Shown here: positions 1 through 12,390 of the stretch, in pieces
Position numbering within the stretch: position 1 is the stretch's first letter
How the letters are laid out: each line of letters opens with the position of its first letter
Source of the DNA: Eledone cirrhosa
Lineage: Eukaryota
Reading direction: 5' to 3'
NCBI GenBank assembly: GCA_964016885.1
Contig: OZ024743.1
Span: 357,802,001-357,866,000, forward strand
Length of the DNA: 64,000 nucleotides
Made by a program: the position numbers and the translations under genes
The notes under the pieces: model-generated
The model's input: only the letters and a program-made list of their open reading frames with translations
What the model was told of the DNA's origin: nothing
The model's database searches: none

Positions 1-3
1 TCA

Positions 4-46
<43 letters not shown>

Positions 47-266
47 TCGCTCTCTCTATATATACATACATACATATATACATATGTATGTATGTATGTA
101 TGTATGCATGTATGCATGTATGCTTGTATGTATTATATTATATATAAGTACGTATTATATATTATATACTATTTTGCGTTCCCTCTCTTAGTTATATATA
201 TCTCCAGATTTTGTTATTCCCAATATATACATATACATATATACATACACACACGGACACATATTA

Positions 267-297
<31 letters not shown>

Positions 298-397
298 GAT
301 ATATATAAGTATATATATACAAATACATATCTATATATATATATTGTGTATATCATCTCACACATACTAGCAGTAGTACCTTGCGTTGCCCGGATGC

Positions 398-433
<36 letters not shown>

Positions 434-909
434 CAATATTTTTTGTTTTTTGGTGGTGGTGGGGGGGGGGGGTATTTTTGTTAAGCTTAAGTGACTTAAC
501 TTATAGATAGTTTTTATGATTTGCAAACATACACTTACAAACACACGTAGAATGGCTTGCAATAACTGATTCGCGAGCACACACACACACACACGCACAC
601 ACATACATACACACACGCATCACACGTACACGCGCGCGCGCGCAAACACACACATACACATGCCTCACAAACTATCACGCTTACTATCACATATAAACAC
701 ACGTAAACACACAAGAAGCATATAATGCATAAAATTATAGACTGATATTCACACAATATCTACATAGATGTACATACCAACACGCAGACACATGTAACGC
801 GCATATATGAATTCATGCACACAGTCACACATATACATGCGCAAACGCCGACACAAACTATGCGTATATATGCTTTTATAGACATATATATATATATATA
901 TATATACAT

Positions 910-940
<31 letters not shown>

Positions 941-1065
941 CATAGACACACACTCACACACATACGCACACACATACTCACACACATACGTACACACACA
1001 CACACACATTCACACACATACATGCATAAACGCGGACACAAACTATGCGTATATATGCTTTTATA

Positions 1066-1156
<91 letters not shown>

Positions 1157-1175
1157 TATATATATATATATATGA

Positions 1176-1355
1176 GGGCGGTGGATTGGCAGTATCGGTG
1201 GAGGGTTGGACGCCATGCTTTCTAGCATAGTTACGTCCCTTTACGATCTGAGTTCAAATCCCGCCGAGGTTGACTTTGCCTTTCATCCTTACGGGGTCGA
1301 TAAAATAAAGTACCAGTAATGCACTGGGTAATTGCTGGCCTTGTGCCTAAAGTAG
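1176..1355 (+). mobile_element. tRNA-headed SINE, family 1
   Basis: A-box-like TGGCAGTATCGG, B-box GAGTTCAAATC and core GCCTTTCATCCTTACGGGGTCGATAAA; about 15 homologous copies or fragments in the window. Confidence 0.85.
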
Positions 1356-1359
1356 AAAC

Positions 1360-1409
<50 letters not shown>

Positions 1410-1728
1410 CATACACATACAGACACGCACTCACACACATACGCACACACATACTCACACACATACGTACACACACACACACACACACATTCACACACAT
1501 ACATGCATAAACGCGGACACAAACTATGCGTATATATGTTTTTATAGACACACACACACAGACACACACATAAACACAATACACACAACACACACAGACA
1601 CACATACGCACGCACAAACACACACACACATACACACACATATACAAACACACATACACACACATTTACACACAAACTATGCGTATATATGTTTTATAGA
1701 AACACACACGCGCACACACACACGCACG

Positions 1729-1795
<67 letters not shown>

Positions 1796-2371
1796 TCACT
1801 CACGTATATGCACAAACGCCGACATAAACTATTCGTATATATGTTTTTATAGACACACACACACATAAACACAACATATACAACGCAAACTCACACACAC
1901 ACGCACACACACGCACACACTAATAAACACACATACACACACACACATACACACAACATGTACACAGACACACATACACACAACACACACACACGCACAA
2001 CTCGCACATACAAAGTTATAGAGATGAGTGAGAGAAATAGAAGGCGGTGAAGTTGAAGAGAGATTAAACAGAGGCTGGAGTACGACGTATTTCATAAAAT
2101 GACAATGTACTATTTCGTCATTTGCCAAATGTCAATGTTATAGTTTAGAACACTCATCTTCATATGTCCCACTCCTACTTCTAAACTAATCACCAAATAA
2201 AGAATATAATACTCTTTACTTTTTCAAGTACTAACTATTTGTTTTTATTTTGTTTGTTTGGGGGTTTTTTTTGTATGTGTAATCCTTGTTCTGACGAACA
2301 ACCTACAAGAATATATGTACCTATCTTTGTATCTATGTATCTGTGTATCTATTTATCTATCTATCTATCTA

Positions 2372-5264
2372 TAGCAGCGGAACATCTAGCTCGTACCTAG
2401 ATAGGGTTCTAGTTAGAAATAAGGATAGGGACATGTTAAGCTGTCCACAAATGTTCATGGTTGCCTATTCAGATCACAAACTAGTGACTTGCATGGTCAA
2501 CCTTGATAGAACCTATAGACAAGGACCCGGCTACTGGAAGCTGAACTTGTCGTTACCGACATGCAGAGCCTACAGTAGAGGGATTAGCACTTTAGTTAAA
2601 CAGCACTTGACAGGGGCCATTGTCAACAACAGATGGTGGTACTCTCTCAAGAGAGCAGTTAGATTAGACTCGTTAGTTTTTAGTAAAGAATTAGCGTTAG
2701 ATAGAAATATAACCGAGAAAGAACTGGTAGATAGAATAGAAGAGGCAATTAGAAGTGGCAACGTAGCCAGCGTGCTAGCAACGAGATCGGCCTTGGACCA
2801 GTTCTTCGACGCAAAGCATGAGGGCTGCGTTGTCAGAAGCAAAATACGTGCTCTGGGAAACGAGGGAGCCAAAGCTGTTAGCTGGGCCAGAGTGACGGAG
2901 GCAAAAAGTGGCAACAAGTCCACGATTCGGTCTTCGAAGGACCAAGACCGACGCGTGATACGTGAGCCGAAGCAGATGTGTGCGGCCTTTCAGCGGCACT
3001 TTGCTCAACTGTTTGGGCAGGGCGGCGCGTGGGAGGGGCTATGGATTTCGGTCCATACCTCGACGGCCTACCGCGACCTCTCGGACGGCGAGGCAAAGTT
3101 CTGCGAAAAGCTGATTTCAGCTTATGAGATAGGGGACGCGCTGAGCCAATGCGGCAAACGCAAATCTCCAGGTCTCGACGGTCTACCCTACGAATTTTAC
3201 GTATCAATGCCGGACTTATTCTCCGGTCTCCTGGAAGCGGTCTACTGCAACTGGCAACAGAACGGGAGAATTCCCAGTTCTGTGACCGGGGGCGTAGTCA
3301 CACTAGTCAGGAAGGACGAGAATAAGGGGGATGACGTAGGCAACTTCCCGCTAAACACTCTGCTAAACACAGAGTTACAGATTTTGGCCAAGGTGTTGGC
3401 AAAGAGGCTGGCGCTTGTCGAGAATCTGGTGGGAGAAGTGCAGACATGTGCAATCCCGACCAGGTCCATACACGACAATCTCCACCTCATGTGATACATC
3501 ATAGAGAGGGTAGGAGCCGTTCTATACCGTTCTATATCGGAGCCGTTCCATATCACGCGATCCATTCGAAAGGGATGCTCTCTCTCCTCCCTTCTGTACG
3601 TATTGACTCTCGATCCACTACTGCGGAAGTTGGAGCTATTGCAGGGCATCCCTCTGGAACCGGGACTGCGGAAAGCGGCGTCGGCCTACGCCGACGACGT
3701 GACAGTAATGGTGTCGAGCGCCTCGCAAATCGAGGAAGTCGGCACCTTACTGAAGGAATACGAAAGGTTCACAGGAGCGAAGCTGAACCAGGACAAGTCC
3801 ATCGGTTTGCAACTCGGATCGTGGAGAGGCAAACGGATGCCCTCCGATGGCGTCGTCGGACGCTGGACAGAAGGACCAGTAAAGCTGCTCGGGGTCTGGT
3901 TTGGTCCGGAACTCCAGGTGTAGAAGAACTGGAACGAGGTATCGGCCAAGGTGTTTGCACTCACCCAGAAGTGGGCCGAGTGCAAACTATCCTTGAAAGG
4001 TCGAGTGGAGGTGGCGAACACTTTTATAGCCTCCGCCATCTACTACCGCTCGACCTTGTCCAGCCAAAACGCTCGCCAAAATGGAGCGCGCGCTCTTCCA
4101 ATTCCTTTGGAAGAGGCGGGCTCCTTTGGTGAGAAGATCCATCTGCTGCCAACGCCCTTCCAACGGAGGGCTGGGGATGCCATGGCTGACGATGCGCAAA
4201 CACGCGCTCAGGCTGCGGCATCTCTACGTATTCCTCACCGGACAACCGGTGTGGGCCCCGTTCGTGAGGCGAGCCTTCCCACGACTCGTCTCGCTGACCG
4301 AGCTGCAGTCCTGGGTCAAGCAAAGACCGAGAAAAATGAGCGACTGGCACATCGAATGTGCTCAGGCGCTCACAGCCCTCTGGCAGGCGGACCCGTCGAT
4401 CAGTGTAGACTCCACTTCGTCATTCTATAGAGGGTTGATCCGCAGCAAGTGCGACGACGTACTTGGTGAAACTCTGGGCGTAGAGGAAGACGAACTGGCC
4501 AGTCTGTTCGGTAGGACCTTCCGCCCGGGACCGATGGACAACTTCCAAAAGACCCTGGCCTGGCAGTGCTACCGAGGAGCTCTACCAGTTCGAGAAAGCT
4601 CTACAGACATGGGCGCCCGGGCAGGGACCCTGCAAAAAAGATTTGTCCAAGGTGCGTGCGCGGCGAAGAAACCGTCGTGGGGCTATGTAGAACGACTATT
4701 GTCGCGGGTGGGACCAATCCGATTGACCACCGAGTCCATTGTCATGATCAAACCGCCACCCTCCTTCAAAAACGAAGGAGAGGCGGTTTTCCTTTGTGTG
4801 ATAGCTATGGCGAAAGAGGTTGTATGGTGGACAAGGTTGAAAGGGCTGAGGTCAGACACCTTTCTCTCCGGCCAACAACTGATTCTTTTTTTCAAATACT
4901 ACTTTGGAAGAAGAATCAGGATGGAGAGAGGGGTGCTGTACCCCAGCAAGTTTTATGAAAAGTGGGTGAAAGTGGCGAGAATGGCCTGAGTGAATGGGCC
5001 TTCTCTCTATATCAGCCTGTAGGTTGAGGAAAGGGAGGAGGAGAGGAAAGGAGTACAAACTCTTCGTATTCCTGGAGATGAGGGTTGCACATTTTTTTTT
5101 CGGGGGTATGTGTTACCCATATGAAATGTTTCCCCCTATTGGGGAAAATCGACTAAATTTTTTAATTGCATTTGTGATAATATTTTACACGTTTTTATTG
5201 TATGTAAACTTCCTCCTTTGTATTTGTCCCCTTCTTTTGTGCCCCTGTGGCTAATATAGAAACA
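2372..5264 (+). mobile_element. Tx1-clade LINE copy A, 5'-truncated, ORF2 disrupted
   Basis: APE end motifs SYLDR and SDHKLV, KSPGLDGLP, YADD at ~3690; stops, frameshifts and internal deletions relative to copy B; (TATC)n on both sides. Confidence 0.92.
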
Positions 5265-5495
5265 TATCTATCTAACTATCTATCTATCTATCTTGATAGA
5301 GTAAGACACGCTTCGCATCGGCTCCGCTATTCCATCGGGATTTACCCTTACTATTGTAAGTACCGGATAAATTTTTTAGTGCAACACATTTGGAACACTA
5401 ACCCCTGTTATTTAGGGAAACATTTTTGCATTTTCCCCCTTTTTAGGGGGTAAAATAAATATCTATTTTTGCCGAAAAATTTCTTTCTTGGCAGC

Positions 5496-7327
5496 ATGGC
5501 GGAAAAGATGGCAGACATGTCTGCCATTAGCTCTGCCACGCCCCCCAAGTCTGAAGAACAAAAAATAATTACAACAAAATTAGACATTGAAACAAACAAA
5601 CAAAATGAAAAAACAAATGTTAAGGAAAATGAGCAAACAGAAAACAAACAAACAGAAAATAATACAAATAACGACAGGGCAACTTTCGCCCAGAAAACAA
5701 AACAATCCATTACATACACACCAATTGACCTAACTGCCGCCAGAGAAAAACTGGCCGAAGCAAAGAAACACATTGTTTTGGGGGAGAACGGAATGTTTTC
5801 CATTAACTCCCCCCCAGAATTCAAGAAAGCCAGAGCAGAAAACACAGTTCTATACAGAACTATACTGAACCAGACAAGAAAGCCAGCACAGCCCAGCCAA
5901 ATGGAAATAGAGTTAGTCCTAAAAGACTATATGAAGAATATTCTCTTCATACGAAAGGACCGACTCTATGGCAGCATTTCGGTCCTAACAAGAGACAAAG
6001 AAACGGCGGAGAAGCTTTCCCTAAGCCCACTCTCGTCGACAACATATAGCTTCTATCCCTCCTACATGGGTAGAAGAACACAGAGAGTAAAAGTAAAAAC
6101 AATGCTGCCCACAATGGACTTCTGGTGGGCTATTGCTGGCTTCATTGATATGGGCGAAGACACAATGCTGTCAATGGGGAAGGCAACTGGAGATGCGTTC
6201 CTGGGAATGGGCCTCGACATACTAGTCCAAATGAGGCCCGAAAGAATAGCACAAATCCCGGATCGCATCTGGCTGGATGACCTTACCCCAATAGACATAA
6301 TTGTAGAGGGGAGAAGACCAGCATGCTATTTATGCATGGAAAGGGGACACGTTAAGGCTAACTGCCCGAAACGTATCCCCCAAAAAGGACTATTGCCCAC
6401 ACCCACCACAAACAGTACACCAACACCACCCACCTCCAAAAATACACTAATACCACACACAGCAAACAAAATACAGACACCACCAACCACAAACACAACA
6501 CAAACATCACCACCACCAGCACCAAACACAAGCACGACACAAAAATCACCACCACCAACCACAACACAAACATCACCACCACCATCACCAACCACAAGCA
6601 CGACACAAACATTACCACCACCACCACAAAACCCATTCCAAACAAATAATAAAAAAACAGTAACAAATCTACCCCTCCCGCAAAAAAAAAACAACCACAC
6701 AACACGTCCCTCCCACCTAGCGCTGAAGAGTTTCCCCCAACTTCTGAAGAAGAAGGAGGAGAAGCCTTCAGACAAGTTAAAAGAAAAAAAAGAAAACACA
6801 CACCCAGCACACCACAAATAACCCACACACAAACACCAACTCCAATCAAAAACACCCCACCCTCAACAAACAAAAATAAATCTGCGCCTCCCCTCTCCGA
6901 AACATTGACAGCATCACAAAAAAAGACGTTGCAATACACATATATAAATAAAGAAAACAAAAAACTGGTTAAATTAATAAACAATAACCCTATGGTGCAG
7001 ACCGAAGGGCCAAACTTTATCTCAACAGAGAACTTCACCCATTTAAAAATGATAAAGGTCCCTCTGGCCCTTTATCGTTCCTTAAAAGAACAATTTAGAC
7101 GGGACGTGAGCCCCCCCTGTTTAAAACCGTTGAATCGCGTCCTCTTGAAAGATTTCCCCATAACCGCCCCTCTCCCTGACACAACTCCAAATACCCCAAC
7201 CCCACCACACACGTGTACCCCCACACCACCACAAAACATCCCTCCACCCAACACACCTGATGCCATGGAAATTACGCAACCCGGAGAGGTAAGTGCTTTT
7301 CTTTCTTCACTTTCAACACCAAAATAG
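5496..7327 (+). CDS. Tx1 ORF1 (gag-like, CCHC zinc knuckle) with one frameshift in an A10 run at ~6682-6691
   Basis: CYLCMERGHVKANC fits CX2CX4HX4C; Pro/Thr-rich linker; copy C reads through this region in a single frame. Confidence 0.8.
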
Positions 7328-7332
7328 ATCAA

Positions 7333-10300
7333 TTGAGAGTTGGCTGTTTGAACGCGCGTGGCCTGGGCTCAGCTTGGAAGCAAGCAAAGCTTCTAAGTGA
7401 CCTCAGGTCACAAAGTATAGATGTGATGGTTGTTTGCGAGAGTCGGATCAGCAGCGTGAGACAGCTGGCGCCCGCCTTCGATGACTTTGAGATGCACGCA
7501 TCTCTCTGTCAACCCGGAGGCGGGGGGGGGGGAGTTGCCGTACTGCTGGATAAACGTCTGACTCTCGACGTACAGATTGTTCACTCGGACCCGGGGGGTC
7601 GATTACTGGTGCTGGACGTCGGAGGCGGTGAAGGCGGGGCTTTCAGACTGGTCGGTCTTTATGCTCCCTTCGGGGCGGAAAGAGCCGACTTCTTCCAGCG
7701 TCTGGAGACTTTTCTAGGAACGTCGCGTTCCCTGCTTTTAGTGGGGGACTGGAATGGAATCCTAGATGCGCGTTGGGACTATGCAGGGGCATGTCCCGAT
7801 AGAGGGGGGTGTAGCAGCCTCAAGGGGTTACTCGATCGATTCGACCTGGTCGATAGATTTCGACTAGATTGTCCAACTGCGCCAACCTGGACCTGGGCAA
7901 ACCGCAGTGGACAATCTAGATCGTACCTAGATAGGTTTTTGGTTAGGAGTAAGGATAGGGACGTATTTAGTTGTCCAGAACTGATCATGGTTGGCTATTC
8001 AGATCACAAATTAGTGACCTGCGTGGTCAACCTTGATAGAACGCATAGACAGGGTCCCGGTTACTGGAAGATGAACTTGTCCTTACCGACAAAGAAAGAT
8101 TACAGAAACCGGATTAGTAGCTTAGTTAAGATGCGGTTGACGGGAGCGATCGTCAACAGTAGGTGGTGGATATCTCTAAAGAGAGAGATTAGAGTAAGTT
8201 CGATAGGTTACAGTAAGGAACTAGCGGCGAATAGAAATAGGAGGGAAAGGGAGTTAACAGATAAACTAGAAGAGGCGATTAGGAGCGGAGACGTAGCCAG
8301 AGTGTTAGCGACGAGAACGGCATTGAGCCAGTTCTTTGACGCGAAGCACGAAGGCTGCGTTGTCCGAAGTAAAATACGTGCTTTAGGAAACGAGGGGACC
8401 AAAGCTGTTAGCTGGGCCCGCGTGACAGAAGCCAAGAGTGGGATTAAATCCACCATTCGGTCTTTGCGAGACCAGGATGGACGGGTGATCCTTGAACCTG
8501 AGCGAATGTGCGAGACCTTTCAAAGGCACTTTGCTCGACTGTTCGGAGGTGGCGGGGGGCCGGACGGGGATGTGGACTTCGGTCCATACCTCGACGGTCT
8601 ACCGCGTCTTTCGAGCGGCGAAGCGGAGTGCTGCGAAAGGCCAATCACAGCCACTGAAATCGGGGAAGCGCTCAGCCAATGCAGCAGACGCAAATCCCCG
8701 GGTCTCGATGGTCTACCATACGAACTTTATTTAGCTATGCCGGTCTTGTTCTCCGAACTCCTCGAGGCTGTCTATTGCAACTGGCAACAGAACGGGAGAA
8801 TTCCCTGTTCTGTGACCAAGGGCGTGGTCACGCTAGTGAGGAAGGACCAGAGCAAGGGGGACGACTTAAGTAACTTTAGGCCCATAACTCTGCTGAATGC
8901 AGAGTTACAGATTTTGGCCAAGGTGTTGGCGAAGAGGTTGGCGCTTGTGGTGGGTGGTTTGGTGGGAGACGCGCAGACATGCGCTATCCCGTCCAGGTCC
9001 ATTCACGACAACCTCCACCTCATGCGATACATCATAGAGAGGGTTGGCTACGAACCCGGCTTTGGTGGGGCCCTGATCAACTTGGATCAATCTAAGGCGT
9101 TCGATAGGGTCGACCATGGTTACCTGGATGCGGTGCTAGCGGCGGCGGGCTTCGGACCCGTTTTCAGGGGCTGGATTTCTGCCATGCACAGTGGCAACAT
9201 CTACTCTAGGATTAAAGTAAACGGCTACCTCTCGGAGCCGTTTCAAATCACCCGATCCATCAGACAGGGGTGCCCCCTCTCCTCCCTTCTGTACGTATTG
9301 ACTCTCGAGCCACTGCTGCGGAAGTTGGAGTTGCTGCGGGGCATACCCCTGGAACCAGGATTGCACAAAGCGGTCTCGGCCTATGCCGACGACGTAACAG
9401 TAATGGTGGCGGACGCCTCGGAAATCGGGGCGATCGCCACCCTACTGGAGGAATACGAAAGGCTGACGGGGGCTAAGCTGAACCAGGACAAGTCAGTCGG
9501 TTTGCAACTCGGAACGTGGAGGGGCAAACCGATGCCGTTAGACGGTGTCGTCGGGCGGTGGACGGAGGGCCCGGTGAAGCTGCTCGGGGTCTGGTTCGGA
9601 CCGGACCTCCAGGTGGAGAAGAATTGGGGCGAGGTGACGAGCAGGGTGTTTGCGCTGACCCAGAAGTGGGCCAAGTGCAAACTATCACTGAAAGGTCGGG
9701 CGGAGGTGACGAACGCTTACATAGCGTCCGTCATCTACTACCGCCTGACCGTCGTGCCTTGCCCCAAGGAAAAGCTCACCATCATGGAACGCATGCTCTT
9801 CCAGTTCCTCTGGAAGAAGCGGCCTCCCATGGTGAGGAGATCCATCTGCTGCCAGCACCCTTCGAAAGGAGGGCTGGGTATGCCGTGGCTGTTGATGCGT
9901 AGGCACGCATTGAGGCTACGGCATCTACAGGTATTCCTCAACGGTCAGCCGGTGTGGGCCCCGTTTGTGAGGCGAGCCTTCCCACAGCTCGTCTCGCTCA
10001 CCGAACTGCAATCCTGGGTGAAGCAAAGACCGAGAAAACTGGGCAACTGGCACACCGAGTGTGCCCAGGCGCTCACGGCTATCTGGCAAGCGGACCCGAC
10101 TGTCAGTGGAGAATCCACCTCGACATTCTATAGAGGGTTGGTGGCTAGCAGGGGCGACGACACCCTTGGAGAGTCGCTAGGCATGGAGGAGGACGAACTG
10201 GCCAGCCTGTTCGGTAGAACTTTCGGCCCGGGACCCATGGACAACTTCCAGAGGTCCCTAGCCTGGCAGTGTTACCGGGGGGCTCTGCCCGTTCGAGAAA

Positions 10301-10764
10301 AGCTCTACAGACACGGGCGCCCGAGCAGGGATCCCGCGAAAAAGATCTGTCCCAGATGCGTGCGCGACGAGGAAACCGTTGCGCATGCACTGGTACACTG
10401 CCCGGGCGTTGCCGATCTGTGGGGCTACGTCGAACGACTGCTGTCGCGTGTGGCGCCGATTCGATTAACCGCCGAGTCTGTGGTGAACATCAAGCCGCCT
10501 CCTCCCTTCAGAAATGAAGCAGAGGCGGTCTTTCTGTGCGTAATAGCCATGATGAAAGAGGTTGTGTGGTGGACGCGCCTGAAAGGTCTGAGGTCGGGTG
10601 ACTTTCTCTCCGGCCATCACCTGGTTTACTTCTTCCGATACCACTTCGGAAGAAGAATCAGGATGGAGAGAGAAGTGCTTGGTCCCAGACAGTTTTATGA
10701 AAGGTGGGTGAAAGAAGCGAGAATGGCTCGTGTAAATGGGCCTTCTCTCTACATTGTTCTGTAG
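7333..10764 (+). CDS. Tx1 ORF2: APE endonuclease, reverse transcriptase and C-terminal CCHC, 1143 aa, uninterrupted
   Basis: LNARGL, GDWN, SYLDRF, SDHK (APE); FRPITLLN, LDQSKAFDRV, RQGCPLS, YADD (RT); CPRC..ETVAHALVHC. Confidence 0.95.
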   Translation: MRVGCLNARGLGSAWKQAKLLSDLRSQSIDVMVVCESRISSVRQLAPAFDDFEMHASLCQPGGGGGGVAVLLDKRLTLDVQIVHSDPGGRLLVLDVGGGEGGAFRLVGLYAPFGAERADFFQRLETFLGTSRSLLLVGDWNGILDARWDYAGACPDRGGCSSLKGLLDRFDLVDRFRLDCPTAPTWTWANRSGQSRSYLDRFLVRSKDRDVFSCPELIMVGYSDHKLVTCVVNLDRTHRQGPGYWKMNLSLPTKKDYRNRISSLVKMRLTGAIVNSRWWISLKREIRVSSIGYSKELAANRNRRERELTDKLEEAIRSGDVARVLATRTALSQFFDAKHEGCVVRSKIRALGNEGTKAVSWARVTEAKSGIKSTIRSLRDQDGRVILEPERMCETFQRHFARLFGGGGGPDGDVDFGPYLDGLPRLSSGEAECCERPITATEIGEALSQCSRRKSPGLDGLPYELYLAMPVLFSELLEAVYCNWQQNGRIPCSVTKGVVTLVRKDQSKGDDLSNFRPITLLNAELQILAKVLAKRLALVVGGLVGDAQTCAIPSRSIHDNLHLMRYIIERVGYEPGFGGALINLDQSKAFDRVDHGYLDAVLAAAGFGPVFRGWISAMHSGNIYSRIKVNGYLSEPFQITRSIRQGCPLSSLLYVLTLEPLLRKLELLRGIPLEPGLHKAVSAYADDVTVMVADASEIGAIATLLEEYERLTGAKLNQDKSVGLQLGTWRGKPMPLDGVVGRWTEGPVKLLGVWFGPDLQVEKNWGEVTSRVFALTQKWAKCKLSLKGRAEVTNAYIASVIYYRLTVVPCPKEKLTIMERMLFQFLWKKRPPMVRRSICCQHPSKGGLGMPWLLMRRHALRLRHLQVFLNGQPVWAPFVRRAFPQLVSLTELQSWVKQRPRKLGNWHTECAQALTAIWQADPTVSGESTSTFYRGLVASRGDDTLGESLGMEEDELASLFGRTFGPGPMDNFQRSLAWQCYRGALPVREKLYRHGRPSRDPAKKICPRCVRDEETVAHALVHCPGVADLWGYVERLLSRVAPIRLTAESVVNIKPPPPFRNEAEAVFLCVIAMMKEVVWWTRLKGLRSGDFLSGHHLVYFFRYHFGRRIRMEREVLGPRQFYERWVKEARMARVNGPSLYIVL

Positions 10765-11007
10765 GTAAAGAAGTGAAGAGGAAAGGGGGAGCGCCTCCTC
10801 TCTGGGCTTCCCCCGCGAAAAGAGTTGCACACTTTTCGGGGGTATGTGCAATCCCCAACACGCCCCCTCCCTTTTGAGGACTTTTTATTGTTATATTATT
10901 ATTGTTATTCCTTTTTTCTTTACTCGATTTATGTAAACTCCCCCACTGTGTAAATGTCCCCTTCTTTTGTGCCCTCGTGGCAAATAAATAGAAATTTATC
11001 TATCTAG

Positions 11008-11141
11008 TTATATATAGTTTATTGTTATTTATTAATGTTAAAGTTATGTTTATGTAAAAACCCCGCCGTCACGTCTTGTAATGTCCCATTTTTGTACGCC
11101 CCTGTGGCAAATAAAGAAAAATATTTACTATCTATCTATCT
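11008..11141 (+). mobile_element. Tx1 3'-terminal fragment, second subfamily
   Basis: Terminal motif TGTCCCATTTTTGTACGCCCCTGTGGCAAATAAAG followed by TATC repeats. Confidence 0.8.
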
Positions 11142-11350
11142 AGGTACCACTTTAGGAGAATCAGTGTGGAGAGAGATGCGCTGCACCACAGTAAATTTAC
11201 TCAAAGGTGGGTGAATGTGGCAAAAATGGCCCGAGTGATTGGGCCTTCTCTTTAGGTTGAATAAGAGAGCAAAAGGAAGAAAGGAGCACTTGCACAACAC
11301 GCTCCTGAAGTTGATGGTTGTTCTATCTATGGGGTATTAACAACCCATTT
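11142..11350 (+). mobile_element. Tx1 ORF2-end/3'UTR fragment
   Basis: Homologous to the ORF2 C-terminus (AGGTGGGTGAATGTGGCAAAAATGGCCCGAGTG); starts directly after TATC. Confidence 0.75.
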
Positions 11351-11367
11351 AACGAAGGGTATGTTTA

Positions 11368-11548
11368 ATAATTGTTTCTACTTTTGGCACAAGGCCAGCA
11401 ATTATCCCAGTGTACCACTGGTACTTTATTTTATCGACCCCGTAAGGATGAAAGGCAAAGTTAACCTCGGCGGGAACTTGAACTCAGACCACAAAGGGCC
11501 GTAACTCATTGCTGCAAAACATGGCGTCCGACCCCCTACCGATACTGG
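11368..11548 (-). mobile_element. SINE family 1
   Basis: Reverse complement of 1176-1355. Confidence 0.85.
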
Positions 11549-11554
11549 GATATA

Positions 11555-12390
11555 TGTGGTTATTTAGATATGTGATAATAACAAGATTGTTAAATGTAAT
11601 AACAAAATTGTTAGACGAAATAACATGAATAATAAGAATAAATGATTTTAGTTTATATATAGTTTACTTCACGTAAATCAATTAAACGGTACAATAAGTT
11701 ACCATAAGTTGCAAAGATTGACAATATTATTTTGTTGTTGATGTGAGGCTGTTGTAGTCTGTTGTTGTTGGTGTGAAAACAGCGAGCGACAGATAATTGT
11801 TGTTGTTGTTGGAATTTGGAGTCCGTGGTAGTAGTTGTGAGACCGTAGTTAGTAAGAGAGAGAGAGAGATGGTTTGTATACCTCTGTTATGGTCTGTCGT
11901 AACTGTGAACTACCATGGCCTGCAGACAGCGGTAAATCTTCCACATTTGTGTTCTGTAGTAATAGGGCTCCAATCGCTCTGGGTATTTCTGTAGATCACT
12001 GGGGTCTGTTGATAGTGGTGAATCTTTACATAGTTAGTTGCTAACGTAATGCTCCGATGTCTCTGGCTGTATAGACCACTGGGGTCTATTGATAGCAGTG
12101 AATCCTTACATAGTTTGTTATAGGTGTAATGCTCCGATGTATCTGGCCTTTCTGTAGACCTCTGGGGTCTGAAGTTAGAGGTTAATCTTTACATAATTTG
12201 TTGTGTATCCTAGCGCTCCGATGTCTCTGTTTAAGGTGGGAAAATATAGGCTTTATATACCTATCGCTTCCTGTCTCCCCCCTTGAGGGGATAGTCAACA
12301 CATCAACCTGTCTACACCAAAAGGGTGTTGACCTACAATTTGACCTTTAGGTGTCACCCAAGTTTCAAGGCGCAGACAGATTTCGCTACA
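11555..12390 (-). mobile_element. Probable solo LTR with an internal ~78-bp tandem repeat
   Basis: TGT...ACA termini in TA context; minus-strand TATATAAA at ~12252-12259; 3-4 repeat units at ~11920-12230. Confidence 0.5.

Larger units (their letters stand above)
5293..10996 (+). mobile_element. Full-length Tx1-clade non-LTR retrotransposon, copy B
   Basis: 5'UTR, ORF1, intact ORF2 and 3'UTR with AATAAA; flanked by (TATC)n; 5' end matches copy C at 16926. Confidence 0.95.

Noticed and set aside
92-2128. Many short YI/CV/HT-rich ORFs here and across the window
   Set aside because: Translations of (TA)n and (CA)n microsatellites, not genes
2080-2170. Minus-strand ATGAAGA...GAAA as a hammerhead
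   Set aside because: Core mismatch and no consistent stems
6682-6692. A_AAA_AAC slippery heptamer as a programmed -1 frameshift in ORF1
   Set aside because: Copy C has different homopolymer lengths and reads through in one frame; an indel or sequencing error is simpler
7289-7327. GTAAGT...pyrimidine tract...TAG mini-intron fusing ORF1 to ORF2
   Set aside because: Only 39 nt, and removing it keeps the ORF1 frame, which stops at TGA three codons later
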